In this document: piece by piece, positions 1-9,860 of the stretch
Numbering within the stretch: the first letter of the stretch is position 1
Layout of the letters: every line of letters starts with the position of its first letter
Position numbers and translations under genes: made by a program
The notes under the pieces: model-generated
Database searches by the model: none
Told to the model about the DNA's origin: nothing
The model's input: only the letters and a program-made list of their open reading frames with translations
Source: Leptospiraceae bacterium
GTDB lineage: Bacteria; Spirochaetota; Leptospiria; Leptospirales; Leptonemataceae
Direction of reading: 5' to 3'
NCBI GenBank assembly: GCA_040217195.1
Contig: JAVJNR010000006.1
Span: forward strand, 32,001 to 96,000
Length of the DNA stretch: 64,000 nucleotides

Positions 1-455
1 GGAAAACCAAGGAACTGGGAGAAGTCTCTGAATCAAGCAATGCGATTACCTTGCGAACATCCATAATCGGCCATGAACTCGCTTCGAATTACAGTCTTGT
101 GGACTGGTTCCTTTCACAGTCAAATACCGTGCAGGGCTATACCAGAGCAATGTACTCGGGCTTTCCTACCATAGAATTGGCCGAAATAATTCGAAATCAT
201 ATAATTCCGCGATCAGAACTAAATGGGCTCTATCATGTTTCCTCAGAGCCTATATCCAAATTTGAGCTGCTAAAGCTCATTGCCGCGCGATACAAGCATG
301 AAATTGATATTGTACCGGAGAGTAGTACCGAAATAAATCGGGTATTATTATCTGATCAGTTCCGAACCATCGCCGAATATACTCCGCCGAGCTGGACGGA
401 CCTGGTTGATAAGATGTATCGGTTTCGATATGATGGAAAACCCAATGTTCAATAA
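1..455 (+). CDS. RmlD-like (dTDP-4-dehydrorhamnose reductase family) SDR reductase, 5'-truncated by the window edge
   Basis: Frame is open from base 3 (KTKELGEV...ITLRTSIIGHEL, SLVDWFL, FPTIELA, GLYHVSSEPISKFELL), typical of the RmlD-family C-terminal half; lies in a sugar-nucleotide operon. Confidence 0.8.
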   Translation, partial: KTKELGEVSESSNAITLRTSIIGHELASNYSLVDWFLSQSNTVQGYTRAMYSGFPTIELAEIIRNHIIPRSELNGLYHVSSEPISKFELLKLIAARYKHEIDIVPESSTEINRVLLSDQFRTIAEYTPPSWTDLVDKMYRFRYDGKPNVQ

Positions 456-1461
456 TAAAGTCTTAATGATAACCGGAGGGACCGGTTCCTTCGGCAACGC
501 TGTATTGAAGCGTTTTCTGGATACGGATGTGAAAGAGATCCGAATTCTCAGTCGTGATGAGAAAAAGCAGGAAGATATGCGAATCGACCTGGCAAGCGAT
601 CGTGTGAAATTCTACATAGGGGATGTCCGCGACTATAAAAGCGTGATGCAACCCATGCTTGGTGTGGATTACATATTTCATGCTGCGGCATTGAAACAGG
701 TACCCTCATGCGAATTCTTTCCCATGGAAGCTGTAAAAACTAATGTGCTTGGCACGGAAAATGTTCTTTCTGCAGCACGGGAAACTGGCGTAAAAAAAGT
801 AATTGTTCTGAGTACAGATAAAGCAGTGTATCCCATTAATGCTATGGGCCTTTCCAAGGCTATGGCGGAAAAGATTGTAGTGGCGAAATCCCGTGACCTC
901 GGCCAACTGGAAGAGCCTCCTGTATTCTGCGCTACGCGATATGGTAACGTCATGGCTTCTCGTGGGTCGGTCATTCCATTGTTTATCAATCAGATCAAGG
1001 CTGGAAAACCTCTCACAGTAACGGATCCAGAGATGACTCGCTTCCTGATGTCGCTGGAAGACTCTGTGGACCTTGTTCTTTATGCATTCGAAAATGCGAA
1101 GCCTGGAGATCTATTCATTCAGAAAGCACCGGCCTGTACTTTGCAGGACCTGGCTTTGGCGCTGAAAGAGATTTTCAAATCTGAAGTGCCGGTAAATATT
1201 ATCGGAACCCGACACGGTGAGAAGCTTTACGAATCGCTGGTTTCAAGAGAAGAGATGGCTCGTTCCGAAGATATGGGTCGATATTATCGAATCCCGGCCG
1301 ACAATCGAGATTTGAACTATAATAAGTACTTTTCCGAAGGGGAGCAAGAGATCTCCGGGCTGGAAGACTATACGTCCCATAACACGGATCGCCTAGATGT
1401 ATCCGGAGTGAAGGAGTTGCTCCTTAAATTGGATTACGTACAACAGGAACTTAATGTTTAA
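445..1461 (+). CDS. fnlA: UDP-GlcNAc 4,6-dehydratase/5-epimerase (FnlA/CapE/WbjB family)
   Basis: TGGTGSFG, SRDEKKQ, FHAAALKQVPSCEFFP, STDKAVYPINAMG, RYGNVMASRGSV and GTRHGEKLYE motifs; start placed at ATG 445 (MFNNK). Confidence 0.9.
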   Translation: MFNNKVLMITGGTGSFGNAVLKRFLDTDVKEIRILSRDEKKQEDMRIDLASDRVKFYIGDVRDYKSVMQPMLGVDYIFHAAALKQVPSCEFFPMEAVKTNVLGTENVLSAARETGVKKVIVLSTDKAVYPINAMGLSKAMAEKIVVAKSRDLGQLEEPPVFCATRYGNVMASRGSVIPLFINQIKAGKPLTVTDPEMTRFLMSLEDSVDLVLYAFENAKPGDLFIQKAPACTLQDLALALKEIFKSEVPVNIIGTRHGEKLYESLVSREEMARSEDMGRYYRIPADNRDLNYNKYFSEGEQEISGLEDYTSHNTDRLDVSGVKELLLKLDYVQQELNV

Positions 1462-2578
1462 GATAGTAACCTTTGTGGGCACCCGGCCTGAGATCATCAA
1501 AATGAGTCGGGTAATTGCAGAATTTGACAGGCATACAAATCATGTTCTGGTGCATACAGGCCAGAACTATGATTACGAGTTGAACCAGGTGTTTTTCGAC
1601 GAACTGGAAATTCGAAAACCGGATCACTTTCTAGAGGCAGCCGGCGAAACAGCATCTCAAACCATTGGCAGAGTGATAGAGAAGGCAGAGCAGGTTTTGC
1701 TACACGAACAACCAGATGCCGTGGCTTTATATGGAGATACGAACAGCTGCATGGCCGTGGTGCCCGCAAAAAGGCTTAAGATTCCTGTGTTTCATATGGA
1801 AGCCGGAAATCGTTGCTTTGATCAAAGGGTCCCGGAAGAGCTGAATCGTAAGGTAATTGATCATCTAAGCGACATCAACATGGTTTTGACCGAGCATGCG
1901 CGCAGGTACCTGATAGCCGAAGGACTTCGTCCGGAAACTATTTTTAAAACCGGTTCGCATATGGAAGAAGTGCTCAGTCATTATTCTGATAAGATTGAAA
2001 GCAGCAATGTTCTTGAATCGGAGGGCTTGAGACCCGGCGAATACTTCCTGGTAAGTTTACATCGCGAAGAAAATGTGGATTCACCTGAGAATTTGAAGAT
2101 GGTAATGGAGTCTTTGCTCGGCCTCGTGGAGAAGTTTCAAAAGCCGGCTGTAATCTCCACTCATCCGCGGACTCGCAAGAGACTCCAGGAGTTCGGTGTA
2201 GTCACCGACAATCCTATGCTCCGTTTTGTGAAACCGTTTGGATTTCTGGGCTACATTAAACTTCAAAAATCGGCTTATTGCACTCTTTCTGATAGCGGTA
2301 CCATCACAGAAGAGTCCGCATTGCTCGGATTTCCAGCTGTAATGATTCGCAATGCCCATGAGCGACCTGAGGGCATGGACTCAGGCACACTTATCATGTC
2401 AGGCCTGGAAAAAGAAAGAATTCTTCAGGCCGTCGAGGTGGTCTGCAGTGAGCAGAAGGCGGGTTTCGTAGCCAAACCTGTGGCTGACTACGCCGGAGGT
2501 GGGGTTTCGTCTCAGGTTTTGAGGATAGTGCTCAGTTATACTGGCTATGTAAACCGAACAGTCTGGCGTAAGAATTAA
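1454..2578 (+). CDS. Non-hydrolysing UDP-N-acetylhexosamine 2-epimerase (FnlC/WbjD/WecB family)
   Basis: GTRPEIIK, HTGQNYD, HMEAGNR, HREEN, SDSGTITEE and ERPEG motifs; overlaps the upstream gene. Confidence 0.9.
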   Translation: MFKIVTFVGTRPEIIKMSRVIAEFDRHTNHVLVHTGQNYDYELNQVFFDELEIRKPDHFLEAAGETASQTIGRVIEKAEQVLLHEQPDAVALYGDTNSCMAVVPAKRLKIPVFHMEAGNRCFDQRVPEELNRKVIDHLSDINMVLTEHARRYLIAEGLRPETIFKTGSHMEEVLSHYSDKIESSNVLESEGLRPGEYFLVSLHREENVDSPENLKMVMESLLGLVEKFQKPAVISTHPRTRKRLQEFGVVTDNPMLRFVKPFGFLGYIKLQKSAYCTLSDSGTITEESALLGFPAVMIRNAHERPEGMDSGTLIMSGLEKERILQAVEVVCSEQKAGFVAKPVADYAGGGVSSQVLRIVLSYTGYVNRTVWRKN

Positions 2579-3811
2579 ATGCGAATCTGCATAATCTCTG
2601 ATGACTACATGCCAGACAGTATAAAAAGTGCTGGCCGAATGATGCATGAGCTGGCTCTGGAGTTCAAAAGGCAGGGCCATCAAGTGCTGGTCATCGCACC
2701 TGCAGTGGGGGGGGCTCGAAAGTGGGTCGAAGACGACTACCAGGGCATTCAGGTGGGTCGGTTTCGCTCGGGGCGAATCAAGAATGTGTCCAAGCCGCTT
2801 CGGGCCATCAATGAAATGCTCCTGTCCCGGAAAGCCTATCGGGCCGGAAAGAAAACCCTCAGATCTAATCCTTGCGATGTAATCGTATACTATTCCCCGA
2901 CCATTTTCTTTGGCTCTCTGGTGGCTCGATTGAAGAAGCTCTGGAATGCGAAGAGCTTTTTGATTTTGCGGGATATCTTCCCCCAATGGGTGGTGGATCA
3001 TGGCATGCTGTCTGCGAACTCCCCGATTATTCGTCTATTTCGCATTTATGAGAGAATTAACTATCGAGCAGCGGATGTAATAGGCCTGCAGTCTCCGGCT
3101 AATCTGGAATATTTCAAATCTTACTATCCAGATTTTGGCTTTTGCACTGTGCTCTTTAACTGGTCCGCTCCAGTAAACCTGAGCAGGGATATCCGGTGGC
3201 GAAAGAAATTCGGGCTTGAGGATCGAACTATCTTTTTCTATGGCGGCAACCTGGGCCATGCCCAGGATATGAATCAGATAATTCGACTGGCCGGCTCAAT
3301 GCAGAAATACTCCGGAGCTCACTTCTTGCTTGTGGGTGCTGGAGATGAAGTCCCATTAATAAAGCGTTATATCCAGGAATCTGAAATCAAGAATATGACT
3401 TACGTAGAAGCGGTTCCGCAGCAAGAGTTTCAGTCCATTATGGCCGAGACGGACGTTGGGCTGTTCAGTCTTCATCGAAACCATACGACTCATAATTTCC
3501 CCGGAAAGGTGCTGGCCTATCTGGCCCAGGGGCTTCCCATTCTTGGGGCCGTAAACCCTGGCAACGATATTCAGAGTGTAATCAACCGAGCGCAGGCGGG
3601 TCTGGTATGCGAATCCGGAAATGATACGATCCTTCTAAAAAATGCTGTATCTTTATTGGACGCTGCCACCAGAAAATCCATGAGCAAGAATGCATCGAAA
3701 CTTCTACATGGCACTTTCTCCGTGGAGTCTGCAGTAAATCATATCCTTGCCAGCGTGAGCAGGGTAGGAACAAATATGAATGGTGTCTCCGCGGAGGAGG
3801 GGAAAAATTGA
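2579..3811 (+). CDS. GT4 glycosyltransferase (WbuB-like)
   Basis: YYSPTIF, LRDIFPQW, YGGNLGHAQ and FPGKVLAYLAQGLP motifs; abuts the epimerase. Confidence 0.85.
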   Translation: MRICIISDDYMPDSIKSAGRMMHELALEFKRQGHQVLVIAPAVGGARKWVEDDYQGIQVGRFRSGRIKNVSKPLRAINEMLLSRKAYRAGKKTLRSNPCDVIVYYSPTIFFGSLVARLKKLWNAKSFLILRDIFPQWVVDHGMLSANSPIIRLFRIYERINYRAADVIGLQSPANLEYFKSYYPDFGFCTVLFNWSAPVNLSRDIRWRKKFGLEDRTIFFYGGNLGHAQDMNQIIRLAGSMQKYSGAHFLLVGAGDEVPLIKRYIQESEIKNMTYVEAVPQQEFQSIMAETDVGLFSLHRNHTTHNFPGKVLAYLAQGLPILGAVNPGNDIQSVINRAQAGLVCESGNDTILLKNAVSLLDAATRKSMSKNASKLLHGTFSVESAVNHILASVSRVGTNMNGVSAEEGKN

Positions 3812-4731
3812 AGCCTGTTCTTATAACAGGGGCATCGGGCTTTCTTGGTTCACGCCTTATAGAATTGCTAAAGTCCGATCAGAAGAGCTACCTGACTCTT
3901 TCGCACAAAGATCCGACAGCTCTAACGAAGAAAACTCCTGCCATTTCAAGCGTAATTCATCTGGCTGGCCTGGCTCATCGTATGGATCGGCAGTCCGAAG
4001 GTGACCTGGAGTATTACAGGGAAGCCAATGTCCGGTGGCCCGAGAAAGTCGCTGAGTTAGCAATGGCATCCGGAGCGCATCGCTTTATTTATATTAGCAC
4101 AGTAAAGGTCAACGGCGAGTATACGAATGAGGACCCATTCTCTGCAGGTGATTTGCCAGATCCTCATGGGCCCTATGCGATTTCGAAGTTAGAAGGGGAA
4201 CGTGCTTTATTTGATATTTGCCGTAACCGTATGGAGTTTATCGTAGTGCGTCCACCTCTGATCTATGGGCCCGGCGTTAAGGGAAACCTACTACGGCTAA
4301 TGAGATTGATCAACAAAGGGTTCCCTCTTCCTCTGGGGGCTGCCCGCGGGATTCGTTCTATGATTTCGGCCACGAATCTTTCCGACTTTTTGATCTATTT
4401 GACCGGATTAAAGCGCAGAGTGCCCGAGTCTATTGCTGGACTGTATGACCCAGAAATGGACCCGCTGTATCCGGTTTACTTTCCTTCAGACATCGAAATA
4501 AGCACGGTGGACCTTATCCGATTATTGGCCCGGAATATGAAAAGTAGGGCCTTGCTCGTACCGGTACCACCGATAATATTCAGGCCCACCGGTTTATATG
4601 AACGATTGTTTCGATCTTTGAGTGTGGATTCTCGGGAATGCAGGAACCTGGGCTGGAAAAACCGTGTGACTGCCTCGGAGGCACTGGCAGAAATGGTCCA
4701 GAGTTACCTTTCTCCCCATGCTCAACTCTGA
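3808..4731 (+). CDS. NAD-dependent epimerase/dehydratase (WbpV/WbpK-like 4-reductase)
   Basis: ITGASGFLG, HLAGLAH, STVKVNGE, YAISK (YxxxK) and RPPLIYGPGVKGN motifs. Confidence 0.85.
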   Translation: MKPVLITGASGFLGSRLIELLKSDQKSYLTLSHKDPTALTKKTPAISSVIHLAGLAHRMDRQSEGDLEYYREANVRWPEKVAELAMASGAHRFIYISTVKVNGEYTNEDPFSAGDLPDPHGPYAISKLEGERALFDICRNRMEFIVVRPPLIYGPGVKGNLLRLMRLINKGFPLPLGAARGIRSMISATNLSDFLIYLTGLKRRVPESIAGLYDPEMDPLYPVYFPSDIEISTVDLIRLLARNMKSRALLVPVPPIIFRPTGLYERLFRSLSVDSRECRNLGWKNRVTASEALAEMVQSYLSPHAQL

Positions 4732-5737
4732 TCTGCTTCAGCTTTGTATTATTCCGCTCACTGCCTTACTATTTGGACTTTTCCTTCGTTTTTTTCCAAA
4801 CACCCTGCTCGACCATCCAAACCAGAGGTCCAGCCACAGAGTGTCCCGCTCAAGGGCCGGTGGACTCTTATTTGGCACCGCCTGGCTACTGGTATCGATT
4901 CTGGGCGCGGCCCTTGGATTGCCTTTAATTGAAACCTTATCTGAGGGGTCCGGTCCAATTCCCATTTGGATTCGGCCAAATAATGCCAGCTCCTGGTGGT
5001 TTCTGCTGGGAGCTGGAATTATCTGGCTTAACGGGCTCCTGGATGACTTTCATCAGTTACCGGCCAGATACCGAATTGTTATGCAGGCCCTGGGGGTTGC
5101 CGCGGGGATCCTGGGCCCGGAGGAGTTTCGAAGCTCCATCAACCCATTTCTGTTAATTCTGATCTGGATTGGTCTCGTCTATTATATCAACGTATTCAAT
5201 TTCATGGATGGCACCGACGGGCTTGCCGCTTCGGAAGGTATCTTTCTGGTGGTAGCAGTTTTCCTTCTAGGATTTGGAGGCCTTGCTTTCCAGCTTCTGG
5301 CCATTGCGGTTACCATTTTTCTGTTCTGGAATCTACCCAGGGCGCGGATGTTTATGGGAGATGCTGGAAGCAATTTACTTGGATACGTAACCGGAATTGC
5401 ATTGCTTCAAGTTTTCATGAGCAGTCCCAATCTGGCTTTCTTACTACCGGTGGCATTCACTGTGGATACAACATTAACACTACTTCTTCGCATGGCCCGT
5501 GGTCAGCCATTCTACGTAGCTCATAAAGAGCATGCCTACCAACACCTGGCAGGCAGATTCGGTCATAGCATTGTGCTTGTGCTCTATTCTTTTTTCAATT
5601 TGATGATATTAGTAATGGGAATCTGGATAAATACTTTAACAGGCGTATTTGTGACCGGTCTGGTAGTGGTGCTGCATATTTTGGCACTGATTGTATTCTA
5701 TATTGCAGGGGCGGGTCGTCCAAGATCGGATTTCTAA
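4718..5737 (+). CDS. Undecaprenyl-phosphate HexNAc-1-phosphate transferase (WecA/WbpL, MraY-like family)
   Basis: Polytopic; PNQRSSH, GLLDD, NVFNFMDGTDGLA, FMGDAGS and HKEHAYQ motifs. Confidence 0.9.
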   Translation: MLNSDLLQLCIIPLTALLFGLFLRFFPNTLLDHPNQRSSHRVSRSRAGGLLFGTAWLLVSILGAALGLPLIETLSEGSGPIPIWIRPNNASSWWFLLGAGIIWLNGLLDDFHQLPARYRIVMQALGVAAGILGPEEFRSSINPFLLILIWIGLVYYINVFNFMDGTDGLAASEGIFLVVAVFLLGFGGLAFQLLAIAVTIFLFWNLPRARMFMGDAGSNLLGYVTGIALLQVFMSSPNLAFLLPVAFTVDTTLTLLLRMARGQPFYVAHKEHAYQHLAGRFGHSIVLVLYSFFNLMILVMGIWINTLTGVFVTGLVVVLHILALIVFYIAGAGRPRSDF

Positions 5738-5782
5738 CGGCAAAAGCATGAACAGATTGCATTATCGGTTGTTAATAGAACA

Positions 5783-7669
5783 ATGAAGCATAGACTGAAT
5801 CAAATCCTTCATCTGCTACCCCGTATCAAGGTACCACTTGTAATGGGCGTGGACTCTTCTATAGTAGGCCTGGCAATCCTGGCCGCATTCTTGCTTCGCC
5901 TTGAATCCAGTCTGACTCAACTGCTGGCAACTCCCTATATGCTACCGGCTCTGTTAATCGGCCTTCCTGTGCAAATGACCGTTTTCTGGTTTGCCGGATT
6001 ATACCGTGGAATCTGGCGCTTTTCCAGCATTCCTGATTTGACTCGAATCCTGGTCGCCACCCTCCTGGGTGTTAGTGCCAGCGCTCTGGGTTTGTTTTTC
6101 TTCAACAGATTGGAGAATATCCCTCGAAGCATCTTTGTGATTGATTGGCTTATTCTGGTCGTTGGGCTTGGTGGAGTTAGATTCAGCTATCGTATATTTC
6201 GAGACTCCCTGCGCCCGGGAACCGCTAACAAAGCCATCATCATTGGAGCGGGGCGTGCTGGAGAGCAGCTATTCCGTGAGTTCAAGAACAATCCTGCGTT
6301 GAACATGGGAGTTGTAGGTTTTATCGACGATGAACCTGCATTGAAAGGGAAGTATCTACACGGTGTACCTGTTTTTGGGGGAATCCCACGTGTACCAGAG
6401 GTAGTTAAGATTACAGGCGCTACGGAAATCCTGATTGCCATACCTACAATCGATAATAAGAAAATCCGTCAAATTGTGGATCTCTGTGCAGATCTGGGAG
6501 TCAGCGTAAAGCGGCTACCTGACCTGAGTAGTTTTGTAACTGGAAAAGTCATCGCCACTCAGCTGAAATCTGTGAGTCCGGAAGACTTGCTGGGCCGGCC
6601 GCCTGTGGAACTCAATCGTCAGGCCATGGCGGAGATGCTTGCAGGTAAGCGGGTTCTGGTAACCGGTGCTGGCGGATCCATTGGCGGGGAACTGTGTCGT
6701 CAGATCGTCGCCTTTCAACCGGCTTCTTTGATTCTGGCCGAAATTACCGAGCTCTTTCTGTACGAAATAGAAAGGGAAATGTCTGAACTGGCACCTCGCC
6801 TGCCGGTCACTTATTTAATTCAGGATGTGCGAAACAAAAAAGGCGTAGAGCGAATGTTTCGGGATCACCGTCCGGAAGTAGTATTTCATGCTGCCGCGTA
6901 TAAGCACGTGCCTCTTATGGAAGGAAATCCCTGGCAGGCTATTGAGAATAATGTGGGTGGCACCCGAAACGTGGCCTCTGCTGCAGGCTCCTTTGGTGCT
7001 GAAAGGTTTGTTCTGGTATCTACCGATAAGGCCGTGAATCCTACAAATGTTATGGGAGCCACGAAGCGCGTATGCGAAATGGTTTGCACGGAATTGCAAC
7101 GGGATTACCCGGACACTCGCTATATTGCTGTTCGCTTTGGGAATGTGCTCGGAAGCACTGGTAGTGTTATTCCACTTTTCCAGAAGCAAATTGAAGCCGG
7201 GGGACCGGTAACGGTTACTCATCCTGACGTGCGACGTTACTTCATGTCCATACCGGAAGCAGTGCAACTGGTAATGCAGGCCGCCGCTATGGGCGCTGGT
7301 GGAGAGGTTTTCGTTCTGGAAATGGGCGAACCAGTTCGGATTGTAGACCTGGCTCGGGAAATGATCGCTCTTTCTGGCTTTATCCCGGAGCGGGAGATTA
7401 AGATTGTATTCACCGGACTTCGCCCCGGGGAAAAACTCTATGAAGAGTTGCTTACAGACGCCGAGTCCACAGTGGCTACCTCCCATCCGGGAGTCCGCAT
7501 TGCCAGGTTGTCCAAGAATACCCAGGACTTTCGGGAACGGATGGACTCTTTACTTAAGACAGGTGCTGCCACTTCAAGGACGGATTTGATGGAACAGCTA
7601 AGAGCTATTGTTCCTGAATATGGTCCTGCCATTGAAGCCAATCGAAAGAGGTTGCGCCTGATCCAGTAA
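5783..7669 (+). CDS. Membrane-anchored nucleoside-diphosphate sugar dehydratase (WbpM/PglF/CapD family)
   Basis: N-terminal TM helices; GAGRAG, EDLLGR, TGAGGSIGGEL, HAAAYKHVPLME, STDKAVNPTNVMGATK and GLRPGEKLYEEL motifs. Confidence 0.92.
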   Translation: MKHRLNQILHLLPRIKVPLVMGVDSSIVGLAILAAFLLRLESSLTQLLATPYMLPALLIGLPVQMTVFWFAGLYRGIWRFSSIPDLTRILVATLLGVSASALGLFFFNRLENIPRSIFVIDWLILVVGLGGVRFSYRIFRDSLRPGTANKAIIIGAGRAGEQLFREFKNNPALNMGVVGFIDDEPALKGKYLHGVPVFGGIPRVPEVVKITGATEILIAIPTIDNKKIRQIVDLCADLGVSVKRLPDLSSFVTGKVIATQLKSVSPEDLLGRPPVELNRQAMAEMLAGKRVLVTGAGGSIGGELCRQIVAFQPASLILAEITELFLYEIEREMSELAPRLPVTYLIQDVRNKKGVERMFRDHRPEVVFHAAAYKHVPLMEGNPWQAIENNVGGTRNVASAAGSFGAERFVLVSTDKAVNPTNVMGATKRVCEMVCTELQRDYPDTRYIAVRFGNVLGSTGSVIPLFQKQIEAGGPVTVTHPDVRRYFMSIPEAVQLVMQAAAMGAGGEVFVLEMGEPVRIVDLAREMIALSGFIPEREIKIVFTGLRPGEKLYEELLTDAESTVATSHPGVRIARLSKNTQDFRERMDSLLKTGAATSRTDLMEQLRAIVPEYGPAIEANRKRLRLIQ

Positions 7670-7802
7670 TGGGGCTGACGATGCCGGAGGTGGGTCTGAA
7701 CAGTAGTAGGTTTGGATCTTCAGTGCTTTTCAAATTGATATTCCTCGATCGGACCCTCTGGCCGTTCGGAATGGTCACTGGTCAGGTATCTGCCCGAGAC
7801 GC

Positions 7803-9707
7803 CTATTGCCTGCTTAATACTGTCTCAATGATCTGAGCTTTGTCCAGAAAACGATAATCGCAGATTATTCGGGGATCCGGCGGCCCGGTCAGCGGTTGCA
7901 GGGGTGCTTTACATTCGAATTTTTCCAGATGCCTGTCGGAATGGATTCTGAGTGGAAAGGAACCGTCACCGGCCAACAAAGGGTAACGGAATGTCTGAGT
8001 GTTTGAGGCCTCATCCACTGCAGTCTCTAGATGTCCCACATTTTCGAATAGAAGGTAGTCCCTGGAAATGCTCTGGCTATGCCAGAACTGAAGACCTGCC
8101 AGACTGATTAATAGAGCCGATGCGAACACATTTCGGTGCAGATTACTGAGTCTCCAGATCGGACCAAAGAATTTGTGGAATGGGTTTCCCTTTCCGGGGT
8201 ATACAGCCAGTGGCCCCAGAACTGCAATCCACCAATTAAGCTGAACGACGCGAATGTACCACCATTCTTGAAAACTACCGTATAAAATAATCGAAGCCAG
8301 ACCTGCTAGTATGATTCGGGCCGAGACTATCCTGACGTTGGTTTCATTCTGCGAATTTATAGTCTCGATCAGTCGATGAAATGTCAGGAAGTACAATGAA
8401 CCAAGCGCAATAATGCCCGGGATACCGTATCCTACGCCTATCTGAAGTAAAAAATTATGCGAACTAGAATAGGTTCTTTGAAAGCCTTCTGAGCGAAGAA
8501 TGAGATCGTTCCAGAATCCGAAGGACTCCACTCCTCCCCCAGAAACTGGGAAAACGGACAAGAGTTCCAGACCCGATCGAAACAATTCTGCACGAACTCC
8601 AAGAATTTGCTGGGGCCAGGAAAAGTAGGCTGCGAACGGTAGCAGCAAAGAAAGAATACCCAGTGCTAATAATAGCAACCCCAGAGAAGCCCTGGAAGAA
8701 ATAGGCCTGACACCGCTCAGAAAGAAAATTATCACAAAGAAGAAAGTAGCAAGTAGTCCCGCCCGTGATCCAATCAACAACTGCAAATAGATTATTGTAA
8801 TAAACATCAGGGCGCTGCAAACGTTGACTCTACGATTCGAAGGAATGCCGGAGTTCGGTAGTAGAGCCAGAGCGAGCCCTACCAGGGGGAGACAGGAGAC
8901 CAGATATACCGAAAGCCAGCTCCGGTTCCAGAATAATGAATTCGGGGAGTCCGTGAGCGCAGGGCTCAGGTTCATGAGAATTGGAAAATGGTTGTAGCTT
9001 CGCTCTACATAGCCGCCGAGCCTAATATGCAAGGAATCCAGCGCACCGGCCATTCCTGGAAACCAGGCTTCTATGAGTCCGACTGCCATAACCAGGGCGG
9101 GTCCAATGAGCAATGCCAGCACCATCAGTCTCCTACCTTGCCCTGTGAGTCTAGAAGCGTGGCAGAGACCCTTCCAGACCGAGTAGCTAATCGAACCTGT
9201 TAGCAGGGCAATAAGGACTGAGTAATGGGGTAGCCAGTCTCGACTGCTCAAGAAGTGAAAAGGAAGCAATTTGTACCCTTCGAAGGCTTCGACCAGGTAA
9301 TATGCACCACTAAAAGAAATCACGGAAAGTAAGCATGCAGCCAGGACAATTGGATTTCCCAGTGGGGGGGCTTGAATCGAATTCTTAATTCTTGATTCAT
9401 GCAGCCAGATCCAGACAGGTGTTTGTATCAAAGCGAAACAATATATCTCCACGAACCGTCCGCCCGGATGGTTGCCAAAGAAGATACCCGCCAGGGTTAG
9501 GAATGCAATTCCCAGTGGAACCGTTCTGAAGGTGAGTAGACCAGAGACCAATAAAAATATAGTAAAGGCAACATAGTACCTCAGCGGGTAGAATTGGGCC
9601 ATTGAACCCCAGGTAACAATTAGAAGTAACACGCAGATGGACAGAGATACGATGCCTACAAGCCGCTTTTCGTAGCTTGATTGGTTCAGGTTCTGGCTAA
9701 TCACCAT
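7803..9707 (-). CDS. O-antigen ligase/Wzy_C-like polytopic membrane protein
   Basis: Many TM segments; GSRAGLL, R..LFRSGLE..PVSGGG and SSHNFLLQ motifs resemble WaaL/Wzy_C. Confidence 0.65.
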   Translation of the reverse strand: MVISQNLNQSSYEKRLVGIVSLSICVLLLIVTWGSMAQFYPLRYYVAFTIFLLVSGLLTFRTVPLGIAFLTLAGIFFGNHPGGRFVEIYCFALIQTPVWIWLHESRIKNSIQAPPLGNPIVLAACLLSVISFSGAYYLVEAFEGYKLLPFHFLSSRDWLPHYSVLIALLTGSISYSVWKGLCHASRLTGQGRRLMVLALLIGPALVMAVGLIEAWFPGMAGALDSLHIRLGGYVERSYNHFPILMNLSPALTDSPNSLFWNRSWLSVYLVSCLPLVGLALALLPNSGIPSNRRVNVCSALMFITIIYLQLLIGSRAGLLATFFFVIIFFLSGVRPISSRASLGLLLLALGILSLLLPFAAYFSWPQQILGVRAELFRSGLELLSVFPVSGGGVESFGFWNDLILRSEGFQRTYSSSHNFLLQIGVGYGIPGIIALGSLYFLTFHRLIETINSQNETNVRIVSARIILAGLASIILYGSFQEWWYIRVVQLNWWIAVLGPLAVYPGKGNPFHKFFGPIWRLSNLHRNVFASALLISLAGLQFWHSQSISRDYLLFENVGHLETAVDEASNTQTFRYPLLAGDGSFPLRIHSDRHLEKFECKAPLQPLTGPPDPRIICDYRFLDKAQIIETVLSRQ

Positions 9708-9860
9708 TTTGCTCCGGGATTTAAGAGTAAAATCTCTGAAAGACCCGGCCCTCCTTTCGTTGAAGGCATGAAGAAGCTACTAAAGGATTTGGACTGTTTT
9801 CGTTGCATACTGGATTCGTAAGGTACGCATGAATTCCGCGAATGGTCGATCCAACGCTTG

